Shown: in pieces, positions 12,101 to 25,300 of the stretch | How positions within the stretch are numbered: position 1 is the first letter of the stretch | Layout: each line of letters opens with the position of its first letter | Source: Spizellomyces punctatus DAOM BR117 | Lineage: Eukaryota | NCBI GenBank assembly: GCA_000182565.2 | Contig: KQ257456.1 | Length of the DNA: 64,000 bases | Strand: one strand, 5' to 3' | Notes under the pieces: model-generated | What the model was told of the DNA's origin: nothing | What the model saw: only the letters and a program-made list of their open reading frames with translations | Database searches by the model: none | Translations under genes and position numbers: made by a program

Positions 12101-13156
12101 ATGAAGGTCTCTTACGCTCCCGTCCTCTCCACAATGCCCTTGATAGAGACATTTAGGGCTCAGAGCGCCCCAGACTTCAAATCCCTCTCCTTGACTGCCA
12201 GAGCTAGAGACAGCCCCTCCATACCTGCCGCCATCCCAAACACACCATCTGACCGCCCTCTTTTGCGGCGAGCTTCCGCTATGGACGTTGACTCTCCGCT
12301 GAGTGGAAACCCGTCAGCCACGTCATCATCCCCTCGGACGGCTCAAAGGAGCCAAAGAGGCAGCACGACTAGAGCAGTTCGACGTCCATCTCGGAACGGA
12401 CATGAAGGCTCTGATGATGAAATGGAAGGTGGCGAATTGCGGGACAATCTTCGTCGTGTCGCTCATTCAGCAGTGGAAAAGCGGAGACGGGAAAAGATAA
12501 AGGATAAAGTCGCCCTCCTCCGGTCTCTAGTACCGACTTGCGCAATGCAACCAAATCTTCACAAACTGACTGTCCTTGAACACACCATTGACTATATCTA
12601 CTACCTGAGAAAGGTCGTATACAAACTCGTGGCGGAGCGAGAACGGATTCGAAGGGCTGGACCACCTCCAACTGCGCAAGGTCCTGGAATGTCCAGTGGC
12701 GCTCAACAGCATAATCACATTCCTACCGCAATAGCCCATCCACGTCTCCATCATGCTCGCTATATGCAATTTGATGTTGATATTGACGACTTGGATCTCC
12801 ACTTACTCTTCCCTCCGACCGATCCTGCTATGAATTACGCTGCGCATCACCCTGTCCCTCCCCAACCCACACAGTACATATCTCGCCATTCTGTGAATCC
12901 ATCCAACGCCGTGCAAGAAATACCCGTATACACATCTACCCACCGTGATCACATCGTGTACCAGCCGATGGGTTATTCAGCACCAGCTTCATGGCCTCTT
13001 CGACAACCGAGAAGACTATCTGCTGATTCAACAGTGTCATCAACAACTCCCAGTCCTGTATATTCGCCATCCACAATGTCTACAACTACAATGCCAGCTA
13101 GACCTGAGCCTAAAAAGGAGACGAGTCCAATGAGGGTTGATAACTTACTCTGCTGA
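12101..13156 (+). CDS. bHLH transcription factor
   Basis: RRVAHSAVEKRRREKIKDKVALLRSLVPTC...LHKLTVLEHTIDYIYYL is a canonical bHLH with the H-E-R (CACGTG-binding class) basic region. Confidence 0.9.
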   Translation: MKVSYAPVLSTMPLIETFRAQSAPDFKSLSLTARARDSPSIPAAIPNTPSDRPLLRRASAMDVDSPLSGNPSATSSSPRTAQRSQRGSTTRAVRRPSRNGHEGSDDEMEGGELRDNLRRVAHSAVEKRRREKIKDKVALLRSLVPTCAMQPNLHKLTVLEHTIDYIYYLRKVVYKLVAERERIRRAGPPPTAQGPGMSSGAQQHNHIPTAIAHPRLHHARYMQFDVDIDDLDLHLLFPPTDPAMNYAAHHPVPPQPTQYISRHSVNPSNAVQEIPVYTSTHRDHIVYQPMGYSAPASWPLRQPRRLSADSTVSSTTPSPVYSPSTMSTTTMPARPEPKKETSPMRVDNLLC

Positions 13157-13791
13157 TAGATGGGAAGAACTTAGAGATGGGCAAGTAGCATAATTTCCGT
13201 AGATATCAAAGTTTTATAGGTGTATATAGTTCGCTCATGTTCGGTTTCCGTCTTTTCTTTTCTCCATGCTCACTTTCAGTGCAAATTATATTGGATTACA
13301 TTGGTTCGGTTTCTTGTGAGAGATTTGCATATGAATTTACGTCTCGTGAACTTCAGCACTTGTCTCATAGCCATGCCTACACTATCACACATGTACAAAC
13401 GTTGATCCCCAGACCAGAATCTCTTGTTCCCCATGATACCCGTTCATCGTAGACATTCCGCGACAAAGGCGGGATGGATGATGAAGAACCTTGCAGAATA
13501 GCATCTCTGTGACGACGTCATCTGCTTGCTCACTACCTCAATTCGAGTGGTATGTCGTAATTATAATCTTCAAGCAAGCCAATGCTAGAGCAGCCCACGG
13601 CATTTTGCAGAAATGCAGAAAATGACTGTCACTTTTTGCTTAAAAAAATGCGCAAACAAAATGGCAATTCTACTCCCACTTTCTAATGAATAATGGTATA
13701 TTTTAATGACGCATATACTACCTGGATAGACTGCAAGCTGCCCAGAAAACAAAACTTATGTATAACTGGCCCACAATGTCCGTCCCGCTGT

Positions 13792-14268
13792 CTATTTAGT
13801 GTGCTCCTCGCTCTCATCCTCCTCTACGACCACACCACAAGATGACACAGCGTTACATCGTGGAGTCAACATGCTGGCGCTTCTTTGCCGTCCACGACCG
13901 GACGTCTTCACACCACCCCGCTTTATAGAAATCATACGCCTTTGCAACACGGTTTTGATCAGTACCGAAGGTGAGGTAATTGGTTGCAAAGTGGCGGGGG
14001 ACGTCGGTATCCCCGTAGTGCGTTCAGGTTGTCGAGAAGAGATCAGCGTGTCGGGCGCCGAAGGCCACGATTTCGGTCGCTCCTTTGCTACCGAGCTGCC
14101 ATGATGAATCTGACGGGGAACTGGGATAGCTTTATCGGGATGCGAGGGTAAGGGCAAAATACCGTATGTTTGAAGAATGGCGATTTCGAGAGGTGACTTT
14201 GATGTGGTATCTGTAACAGGCTGTTCTGGTGTAGTAGGCGTTTGAAAGTCCTCGATGTACATGCACAT
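13792..14268 (-). CDS. hypothetical low-complexity protein
   Basis: 158-aa P/S/T-rich ORF with no domain recognised. Confidence 0.35.
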   Translation of the reverse strand: MCMYIEDFQTPTTPEQPVTDTTSKSPLEIAILQTYGILPLPSHPDKAIPVPRQIHHGSSVAKERPKSWPSAPDTLISSRQPERTTGIPTSPATLQPITSPSVLIKTVLQRRMISIKRGGVKTSGRGRQRSASMLTPRCNAVSSCGVVVEEDESEEHTK

Positions 14269-15748
14269 CTATAGTGTGCGGGATACTCTGGCTATGGGTG
14301 ATTCTCTGGAGGTTGCGACCTGTAAAAGCTGTGGTTCAGCCTTGTTTTTTTAATAAGGGATAGTAAGGTGGCAGCAAAGGATATATACAAGATGAATATG
14401 CTATTCTATGCATAAAGATTCAAGCGATCGTGCGCAAACAACTTTGACATGCTTTGCCAAAGGAACTTGTCCGTTGGTTTCTGGATCTAGGGAGACCAGG
14501 TTGTCGGCAGGTCTAGAATCTGGTTACTATTGATAGTCTCCGCATAACCCCCAGCCCGCGTTCCGGGAATCCCTCCGAAGGAATGTTGGCGTATTGTTTG
14601 GGTCTATTCAAAAACGACTTTTCGGCATTTCACTCGAGTCCGAACATCCGCGGATTCTCGTCAACCCAAGTTTTTTTGATATCGGTTCTTCCTACCAGTC
14701 TCCATATCATAGCATCTACCGAAGCTAAAGAGCCCCGGATTGGCGAGCTACTATATTTGGATTGAAGAATGGCGTCAAACCCGATACTATTTCCCAAAAC
14801 CAGATATGAATCATATTGAATCGTGTGGTTAAGGGTAAAACCAAAAGGATTTAGACCAAATATCAAAAATTATCACGGTGTGAGAGGACCTGGATCGAAA
14901 TGTTTATGTCAATCATGTTCTCGTTGCCGATAAGCAGGACATGAGATGGATCCCCCATAAACAATACTCCACAGATCAGGAAAAAGTCCTTATGCCTTCT
15001 TAGTAACTGATAACGATTCGTTGTGGTGACCACAGTTACGTTTACATCCACATATTGCTACTCTGAAACTGGGAGAGATAACTTCCCGGTAAACATATCT
15101 ATTGCTGTTTGGAACATTTTCGAGTACGCATGTCCAGATTCGTTTCAAATAAGAGAATTCCCAAAATATGAATCAGCATGTGCTTGTCAAAAGAGTGTCC
15201 ATTAACAAACTGGGACATTTGTATGTCTCATGTGGGCCCAGCGTGCCATGTCCCGCAGTACGAGGACTCGGAGCCAGGTTTGGAATTCACAAAGGATATG
15301 AAATGTGTAACTAGCAATACTTGAAACTATGTATCGATTTTTCTCACTTCTTTTTTTCATATCAACGTAACTTCTCTTCAGTCATTAATGGTACTACGGG
15401 ACATATTCACGACGTCTACCAAGGTATTCTATCTAGATATTTTATAGCTACTACCACGACTTCCGACTGTGTGTCGTTCTCTTCCACTTGTAAAAAGTGT
15501 TCTAAATTCTAAAGGTGTAACGTCTCGCTGCACTTGTTTGCTCATCTATTCAAACATTTTACTTACAGACCATAACCCTCATAAAAACAAGTCATAAAGA
15601 AAGTATTTTGCAATGAAAAAAAAGCCATGCACCATGCACTTGTCAGCGCACGCTGCCCAATTCCCAGTAGCTCGGACCAAAAATAAACGTTCTAAAGAGT
15701 TGTGCACTGTATACGTTGTACCAGTTCCTGCAACAGTATTATGCAGCC

Positions 15749-18139
15749 TTATGCATTTGAGGCATCGTTGGCAGCATTGGCCTCGTTGGCGAGAACATCA
15801 TCGGGGTTGGTGGTTGGATCAACCACTGCGTCAGGGATTACTTCGACGTCCACAGAACTCGCAGGTGCAGCAGGAGTGGGGGCAAGTCCACTGGGTGCTG
15901 CCGGCGGCGCAGCGGCAGCTGCTGTGATTCCTGTCAGCGGCCCCGGAGGTGCACCTGGAGCCTTGTTTGCGCCATTCTGGCATTCGGGAGGTACGTCGAA
16001 GCTGTTCTTGAAAGGGAACTGGTTGGTCGCTGTCGCTCCCAATCCACGCTTAGCGAAAGCCGTCATGAGAAGGCACATGTTATCCCCCTTTGTCAACGCC
16101 TTCTCGGCAGCGATAATGGCATCACGAGCCTGGATCATGTCCGGGTTGCAGGGCTGAAGTTTCAAGCCATCAACAACATACTGGATCATGAGTGCGTTAC
16201 CCTTTCCACTCTGTGGGCCGTCCTGGAAATTCTCGGTGAAGCCTTTTGCGTCTACCATGTTCCAATAGGCCTCAAACAACATGGTATTCCAAACGGTGCC
16301 GACCTGGTGAACTGCCGCGAATTTTGGATCGTTCAATGTCTCGTAGGTGAGAGAGTTTGTCTTCTGGTTTGTGCTGTAAGGGATACCACGGACACCCTTC
16401 GGGCTGCCTGTGACATATTGTCCCACGGGCTTATCAGTATTACGATTGTCCTTGGCGGTCATACCGAACGAGACACCAAGGAAGTCAGACCATCCCTCTC
16501 CCATCCCACCGGCCATTAAGGTATCAAGACAGTTGGAGTTGGCAGGCCCGCCCGTCAAACGCATTGAGACTCCGTGGGTAAGTTCGTGGATAGGGACATC
16601 GTTGTCAAGCGTACCGTCCCGGCTGGGCCTTGACGTGTCGAAAATAAACATGCGCATCACACCGACCTGTCCGTCGGGAGGAGTGGCAAAGTTCGCATTG
16701 TTGACACCAGATCCATCTTGCGCATTGGCCACGACGGGATCCCTCTCTTTACCCCCTTTACCCAGGTTGGTGGCCTGGAAATTGCCCGCAGCTTCGGTAA
16801 AACCGTACTTGTACATGGTGTCATGGAAGAAGTTTGAAAGGAAGAACATGTTCGTGACGGATGCGTCCGTGTACGTTGTAGGTTCTTTACTGAGATCCAC
16901 TGGGAAATCAAAGTTGAAGTCGAGGGCGATAGGACGCTTGTTATTGAGTGGGTTTTTAGCGTTTTTGCGGTTCTCTTGTGCAACAACGTTGTTGCCTACG
17001 GTAGTGGGCAGGGAACCTGCACCATCTCCCACATCGTGCCAACCGAGGGGAGAAGAGGCTGGGTTGAAAGGATTGGCGATCAGGACCGGTGGTGTATCTT
17101 GTACGTTCTTGGAGCCGAAGGGAAGAGCACGGTACTTTGTGTCGGGAATTGTAGCGTTGCCACCGGTTTGGCGTCGGCGGAGCTTGACAAGATCGTCCAT
17201 GAAAGTGGTATGGTCGACCGGCTCATTGTCAAATATTGAGCGTCTAGCTGTGGGAGCCTTGGCGGCGGGCGCCGGCGGGTCCCAGAAGTTGGCGGTCTGC
17301 CAGTTGGCTTTGCCAATCAGTGCGCCATCCTTGACGGAAACGTAAGCGACGTGCCTGTAAGAAAAGTATGATCCAGTTAACTTTGTCCAAATCGACTGTT
17401 CTTTTTCATTTGACAACATACCAAGCATCGGGTCTCTGGACACTCAAGCTCCAGACCTTCTCCAAGGAAGTTTGAGTCTGGTATAGTTTAAGGTCGGCCT
17501 TGATGGCCGAATCAGCAAAGGCAGCCCCGGTGATGCTAAAGGAACCATCCTCATTCTTCTTCTCCGTGAGTTGACTAGCAGTAGTGGGGAAGCCAAACGC
17601 CTTTGCATAGCCTTCAACAGCTTGAGCTGCAGAAATCTCTGGACCAGGAATTTGGTCACGTCGTTGCAGCTTGGTCACCGGAGCCCAGGCTTGGGATGCC
17701 ATGACTGGATTTCCAAACGAGTCCATATGAACATCAGCATTAGAATTGACAATCGTAAGTCCATCCACTTGCTGGGCAGCGTAGTAGTGATACAAGCCAT
17801 TATGGCTATCTTGATAGCTGTATTTGATGAATGAGCAACAATGCACTAGCAGGGACGGATTTGTAGAAACACCTACCCGCTCTGCATCGCACCGCCTGTC
17901 AAGTTGAACGTGTTGGACAGCCAGTTGCTTGCTGCACCGGCAAAGTCGGACGGTGCCAACGGCTTGGCGTCAAACTTTGGTGGAGCATTGCCATCAGGTT
18001 TCCAGGCGCTGGCGGGTGGCTGATAGTAACCGACTTCATTTCCTCGCCGAACAAAGTGGTCAACGGGATGCGCCAACGCAGTGGTAGCGAGGCCCAGTGC
18101 TAAATAAGCACCACTTCCAAGAAAACACTTGCGACCCAT
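15749..18139 (-). CDS. fungalysin (peptidase M36) zinc metalloprotease, secreted preproenzyme
   Basis: Signal peptide and an FTP-type propeptide (HYYAAQQVDGLTIVNSNADVH). Catalytic region has GFTEAAGNFQ, NNANFATPPDGQ, HELTHG (HExxH), GMGEGWSDF, VHQVGTVW, GLKLQPCNP and FAKRGLG. Two short introns. Confidence 0.95.
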
Positions 18140-19220
18140 CTTTCCAAGGTAAGAGCTTGGAAGTGTCGATGAGAGAACCTTTTCTGGGTAGAAGACTGTG
18201 TGTCTATGTGGGGGAGGCTGCTGAACAAAACAATGGGAGCGTTGAAAGAGTCCAGCTTAAGTACCAAAAACGACGGCTGGACGACGAGCGACAGAATGTT
18301 CAAGCTCTTGGAATAATTGGGGGAAAATGTGGAATGGGTACGAATAAATATGCAAGCCGGGGACTACGCTGTAAGGTTCCTCAACACACTTTTTCCACGC
18401 AAGCGTCTCCTAGGACCAAAACCAATCCGTTGTAATAAATGAAAACAGAAGTTGGTGCTGTTCCCGTTTCCGACAAGAACCTCCCCCCTCCCCCCCAAGC
18501 AAGAAAAATCGACAAAATCCACCACGTTTGAAGCATCGTTTGGAGCAAAACAATTCAGATCCCATAGGCAAAAGTAGTAACTCACTACTAATTTTGAAAC
18601 AGGAGTAGGTGAAACAACGCCGCCCCACAATGAACGCAGACGGCCGTTCGTCCGCTCGTCCGCTCTGCATTTGTGCTCTCCACTACTCGCTGTCTGTGGG
18701 AGAGGTCATCCACGACATGTAAATTTTCAACTTTTTAACAAGTGTGACTTGCATCATCGAAAATTCAACCTGTCCCATTTATTGAATACAAATAATTATT
18801 CATTCCCTTTCATAGTTCGCCTCCCAAATACAGTTAGTATTTTAGATTTCCAAAAGACTTTCATTTTTAAGTTTATACAATTTTCATCCATTGAAGGAGG
18901 CCTCGATCTACTTTAAATCAATGAGACTGCAGGTTCCACACTTAACATACATCTTGGGTCATTCCAAACAGAAGGCCGGGATCCACATGACTAATCACGT
19001 GCATCATGGTGATATTGACTCGAATAGTTGCATGATCAAAAATTTTATTAAGAACCAAAAGCCCAACAGCCCAACTGGAGAAAGATCGTAGCCCTACATG
19101 CTATAGCCTTCCCTAAACAGTATCCCTCCGCCCCCCTCAACCTCTCATCAAAATAACACAACAATAAAATCTTCAAACTAGTCGATTCTGGTATATACAA
19201 AGAAGGAAAACCAAATTACT

Positions 19221-21045
19221 TCAAATAACATCAAGACGAACACGCTTAGCATCTGGCTCCAAAAGCCCTTCGCTGGGAACGCAAAATTCTGGAGGCGTTG
19301 GCGGAGAATACATGGGTGATGATGACAAGGTTCTTTCCACGCCATTGCTCTTGTGAGGTGGCAAAATCGAAACCACGGGCGGATAAAGACCATGGGTAGT
19401 CATGGACTTCGCAAAGCTGCCCCCATGCAGATATCCAGTCATTCGCTCCGCGGCGGCCGCAACCGGAAACGTCGTCACATTTAATGAACTCATTCGCGGA
19501 TATCCTGCTCCTGCTCCTCCACCTCCAACGCCTCCTCCAAACACATTGCCGTCTTTACCGTCGTGGGGTGGTTCAGCCACAGCTGACGGTACACCGGGTG
19601 TTGTGCTGTTGCCGTTGGTGGCTGCCATCGATACATTCGATGCAACACCGGATACTGGCACCGTCGCCGATGGCGCCGCTGTTGTTCCCAACGACGCAGA
19701 TTTCCGCTTTTTCGACCTCGCACTTGCTTCATCCTCCATTCGTCGGACTGTGTCGGAGATGGCAGCAAAGTCATCCAACGGATTGGGCTCTCGGACCTGC
19801 ACAATAGTAGGGGGCTCATACGACAGCGCGCTATATCCAGGGAGACCATAGTGCGAAAATCGAACCGATGAATACTCAAAGTCGTTTAGTGGTGAGCCGG
19901 ACAGCGAGTCGAGGCTTGATATGGCACCAAACGGATACATCGACCCATAAGCGCCGAGGGTCCCTGTGGCAGAGAAGCTCGTGCTTCCCAGGGTAGCTGC
20001 CAAATGATCGAATCTGATATTGCCAAATGGCGCAAATCCTTTCCGGTAAGCTTCCTGAACCAGGCACTGATGATCAAAGTGATGGTGGTCGTATTCATAT
20101 CTTTCTGGATCCGGTGATGAATCTAGTGAATCTGCGTCAACTCCTCGAGCACGATTGGCAATGATCTCGAGTGATCGTGCCGCTAGGACTTCAGGGTCAT
20201 CGATAGTTCCACTCTCATTCCCCGATGTCGCTTCGCGGGCATGGACCAGGACAGTGTTACAAATCCGCGATAGTATATCCAATTTCGACCATCCAGCCGC
20301 TGGCCCTAGTCCATCATCATGACCTTCAAGGCACGAGAGGGCACATAATCAGCACTCTGTTGACAATGGCGACAACACATGAACCTTACACACCATGATC
20401 AATGGATCCAGAACGTCCAGTTTCTGTTTGGCAAAGCAAGTTGAATGCAAAACATAACATTAGAATCCCGGGGGTCTGAGCACTGGATAGACTAATTCAA
20501 CTTACGTTTATAAGGCCCTCTCTTTACACCAACTGATCATGAATGGATCAAGCGTTAGAGAATGCATAATCTCGGCCACTTTACCCCACATCTGAATATT
20601 AACGTACCTCGCTGTCGCTCCTTACGGGCGGAATCTGCACATGTCTTTTCCAGACCAAACTTAATACAGCGGGAACAGGGACGGCCATTATCACACTTTT
20701 TACATGCTTTCTGGCAATTGACTGACAAAGAACAGCACAAGCGTCAGCATCATATATCTTCCACCACTGTCGACATTCACTTGCTAAAATGCACTGACCA
20801 CACGCCCGTTTTACTTGATTCCTCTTCCTCGGAAGATCTGTCTCGTTTTCCGGGTGTGCTGGAGTTGCACTGGTAGGAGATACGGCGGGGGTTGGAAGAC
20901 TAGTAGACGTTGGAGCTAGTTTAGACTGATCCAATGATGCTTTTGAACGCTCCGGGGACGCGGACCGGCTCGAGGGTGCCGTTGGTAGCTGTGTTAAGAA
21001 CGGAGTAGTAACGGGTGTAATAGGAGGAGAAGGATGTGTGTTCAT
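19221..21045 (-). CDS. Zn(II)2Cys6 transcription factor, ERT1/AcuK-AcuM-like binuclear cluster
   Basis: Spliced RKRNQVKRAC|VNCQKACKKCDNGRPCSRCIKFGLEKTCADSARKERQRG|VKRGPYKR, followed by a long C-terminal exon (19221-20282). Confidence 0.85.
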
Positions 21046-22300
21046 GGTTCTTTCGAGATAAAAACTGGTCGATGGGGTGAGAGAGATACTGCAAAGGTCG
21101 CGGAATATATCAGAGGCTATTCAGCGAAAGGTATCCGGGTAAGCTCAGATGTGAGCAAGTCCCAGTGCATTCAATGGGTCCAGTCACCTTTGAATTGCAA
21201 CTGAGGCGTTGGCCAAGCTAAATTCCACCTGGCCAGGAGTTGCCGACACAGACGTGTAAGCTTAGGCAACCGGGTGCAAGGTTCGACGAGCGCAACAAAG
21301 GTAGATGAGATGCCGGAAGTGGTGACGTTGACGACAGATCCAACCTAAAAGGGTGTATCTGAGCTCGAGTGAAAGAGTCTCAAAGTGTGCTCCCGACAAG
21401 TCAAAAGTAGAATTCGTCGAATTGGTACGAGCAGTGCAAGAGGCGATGAGCCGACTCTGTCTCAACACTGTGCGCTGGACGGTTGGGAGGTTCTGCTTCC
21501 TCCCTTTCCCACGCCCCCTTTTCCGATGTGGCTTGGCAACCGCGTAATCAATCCGCCAATCAAACTGACCCTCAGGATTTGCAATCAAAACTCCGCGAGG
21601 GCATCCTCACAACCCCGATTTTATCCTTGACTGGATGCGCCTTGGGTCTGTTTTGACTTACGCTTAATTCTCCAGTTTTACGGAACTGTTGCCTTGACCT
21701 TAAATTACTATCAAGAAAGCGTAAATGGCACTCCCCATGATTCCAACATTCCAACAGCATTCATAGGACGTGCAAATATTAGTCTGATCGTATAGGTGAT
21801 CAAACTCTCGATTCCATCCTAACACTAGTTCACTGTCGAGTTTGAAAATTATCAAATATACGCATGTGGATGTTAGATGACGGTTCTGATGATTTCCGGC
21901 ATTCTCTAACTTTCTTCTCTACATCGTTGTAACCACAAGAGTGCTTGCTCCAGGGCACTATACCACATTCTCCCTGGATCTCTCTGCAACTCCTATCGAC
22001 GTATTCACCGTTCAAGCATGGCAGAGACATAGCAGCGCATCGGCTAACCAGGTTTTATGCTATGGCGTACCACCATAGTTGAAATGAATGCAACCGCAAC
22101 AGGCCAGTTCAAACCGCTGCTATGTTTAAACGGTGGATACATCGATACGACTACAAGTCGTAGCCTGGCAAATCCTGTGTGTGTGGTTTATTCGTACAAC
22201 GAGGACGAGCACGTGACGGGCGCGACTTACGTGATCATGACCATGGCAACAAATAGCACTCGAACAACATGGAGGACTGGTACCTGCTAGCTGCTTGACA

Positions 22301-25300
22301 ATGCCAAAGCACAGCAAAAAGACCAGCCTTAGGGCTGTCCATTTCTTTGAGGTGAAAGATACATGGAAGCGATTATATGACGAGAATGTGTCCAGATATC
22401 CGGCCCCTGCTCACCAAGCTATACTTCGATGCCTTCACGACTTCTTATCGTCCTCGCAAGCTACTCAGCTAGTTGCTTTGCGAAGGCTTGGTATGTAGAC
22501 GCTTGTTTGCTGACATAAGACTTTAGACATAAAAGACTTCTATTAATCCTCTGCATTGATGAAAAATAGTATCTACTGTTGGGAAAGCACGAGACGATCT
22601 AAGTTTGCTAGTCGAAACCTCTAGTCTTTTCAAGTCCTGTCTCCTGCCTATCGCGTTGGAGGTTCACTTTGCATCCACTGGACCCAGTGAAAATTCATTT
22701 CGAAGCGCGGCTTTTTCTCTGGTTGCGCGAATCCATGAGTTCTATGAGAATGCTCCTGAAGATTCCCTATGGGACAGAACCATTGTCCGAGATCGCCTGT
22801 CTAATGATTATCAAGGCTTCCTGCAGAATATTGCGGATGGCCCTTTGGATGATTCCGTTATATCGCATTTCGGTGCAGTGATAATGACGACTTTGGACAG
22901 ATCGATCGGGAAAGATGTCGTTGGCCAGAGTTTTGGGGCGACGTTGTCACTGCTTGTCAGATGTCTCACAGTAATTGTCAACGAGGTGTCAGACTCGAGT
23001 GCTTCAACGAACGCAACGACCACGATCATTTATATCTCTAACAGGCTCTCAAGATGCACCGATCTGCTTAAGATTGCTGCCGCGTTACTCACGAGATATC
23101 CCGGCATTGTCCAGGTCATGATTGAAGATTCAGGCCCCAAAAGAGACGTTGTGCAAGACCTACTTAATGCCACCTTGCGTATATGCTTTTCCCACGGATT
23201 TCTGCAGGAGAACCAGTTCATGGCAGGTTTCCTGGCACCCGCCCTTTTGGACATCACACAAGAGCCATCTACCATTGTCGGGGCATTGTTTGGATATCGA
23301 AAGAATGCTCCAGGTGACATATTACAAGTGAACATACCTTCGATGTCAGAGCAGTGGGTTGGAGATGCGCATTGGGACTTTTCTGCCCTCTGTATTTACC
23401 GGGGGCTGTTGATCAATTTTGCCGGCGAAAAATGTTTAACGAAAGTTGCTTTTGCGGGGTAAGGAGCATTACTACTTTCAATCACATAACAAATTACCAA
23501 ATTCTGTTACCTCCTTATTTCTTTAGCGAGCATCCGACGCTCATCGGTTTGCTGTACAAGCAAATTATTGACATTTGCGACCGTGCTACCGAATCTGGTA
23601 TCCGTGTACTAGCGTTCCAGACCTTGGCAACATGGCTCTCGAATGTGGAACAGATCCTCAAATCACGCAAGACGCTTCCATTGACGCTGATTCAATCTAC
23701 CGTGGAGCTTGTTCGTGCCCCGGTGATTGAAAAGCTTTTCGGTTATGTATTTGACCAATGGGAAGATCCCATTGACACTGTTCAACACAAGGTAATTCTG
23801 GACAGCTGACTATATCGCGAATTGTTCCTGTGGCTAACCGCTCCCGAAAGCTGAAAGATCTATTCGTTGGACTTTTGGACGTTTTACATGTTCAGTATGT
23901 AGACATTGACACCGACTTGCACGTGCAGATGATGATAAACGGTCTGCTCAAAGCAGATTGGCACCGTAAGGTAGTTCGTCTTTTCCCTGTTCATATTCTA
24001 TTAGGGAGCTCAATAACAATGATTGATGTGAGTAGGTCAAATATGACTTGTTATCCTTGATGTTGTCAAAAGTCCGTCCACAAGCCCTTCTTCGTTTACG
24101 TGCCGATTTCCTCGAACACTGTTTTGCAGTCATGACGTAAGATGCAGTCGGCCATACTAAATGGACGACGTTGGTGTGCTGACCCTATTGAAACTTCGTA
24201 GCAATATCATGCTGGCGAGCCGCATATCAGCCTTCATCAACCGGTTCATCAAAGAGGCTTTGAGTGATATTGGAGTTGAAGACGAGGTCAGCCGCTCATG
24301 CAGGAAAAGCATTACTTGCTGAGATTGCTGAAACAGGGGCTTAACTCTATAGTCGTCCGCTCAAGCAAACGAGTTTTGGGTCAACCCAGTGTGTATAGCG
24401 CTAACGAGCGAAAGCCTTGTCATCAGAAAGATTTGCAGCGAGAATATGATTCATATCATTCTCAAAGAGAAACACTGCAGCTTTCAGTTGCTGATGAACG
24501 GTATATGTCAACCTTCCAAGCTGATTGTAGTTCGTAAATCTTACAGACCCAATCGTTTTTTAGCTCTTCAGCATGGCGTGTATTCGAAAGACGCAACAGG
24601 ATCAGCATTCCGTCTTCATGGAACAATTGCTGTGGTCAAAGCTGCTCGCATGCTGGGTTTGTTGGAACTTAGCTCATTCCTGGCCGGTATGTACCAGAAG
24701 GCTTCTCCCATGCCGTGATTTATCTACTGACATTTTTCATGTACTCAGAGAACCGCGATATGGTGGAACAGGCTATCAGCCATCCAGATGCAAACCTTCG
24801 AGTCGATGTGCTAGCATTATTGTGCGAAACGCGGCAAGGAACCGCTGATTTCAGTGAGGAGGAATTGTTCGCGCTCAAGAAGTATCTTCTGATCAGCCTC
24901 GACAGTCAGTCACCGGAGTTCCGTCAAAGGGTGTATGTACAGCAAGCAGTTACTCTTGCAATGTCACATATTCATGGTTGTACGTTCGATAGTCAGGCCT
25001 ACCTTGTCAAGCTCCTCCGTCGCATTCGACGGGCAATGTACAGCAATTGGAGGGACTACTTATCTCGCAAAATGTACATCGATGAACATGCCAAGGCTTC
25101 TAGCAAACCATCGAATCTGGACCAAATGACGGAAATAGCAAACGATCTGAATAGAAGACTGATAATGAAAAGAGATTTCCTTGCATGGCTTGGCGATTCT
25201 ACGGTACGGATGAGCTTTGTTCTACAACGATAGGTCCCTTCTTGAGGTCTTTCCATACCGTTTTAGGTCGCATCGTTGTTCCCAGGCTGCTCGTTTCAGC

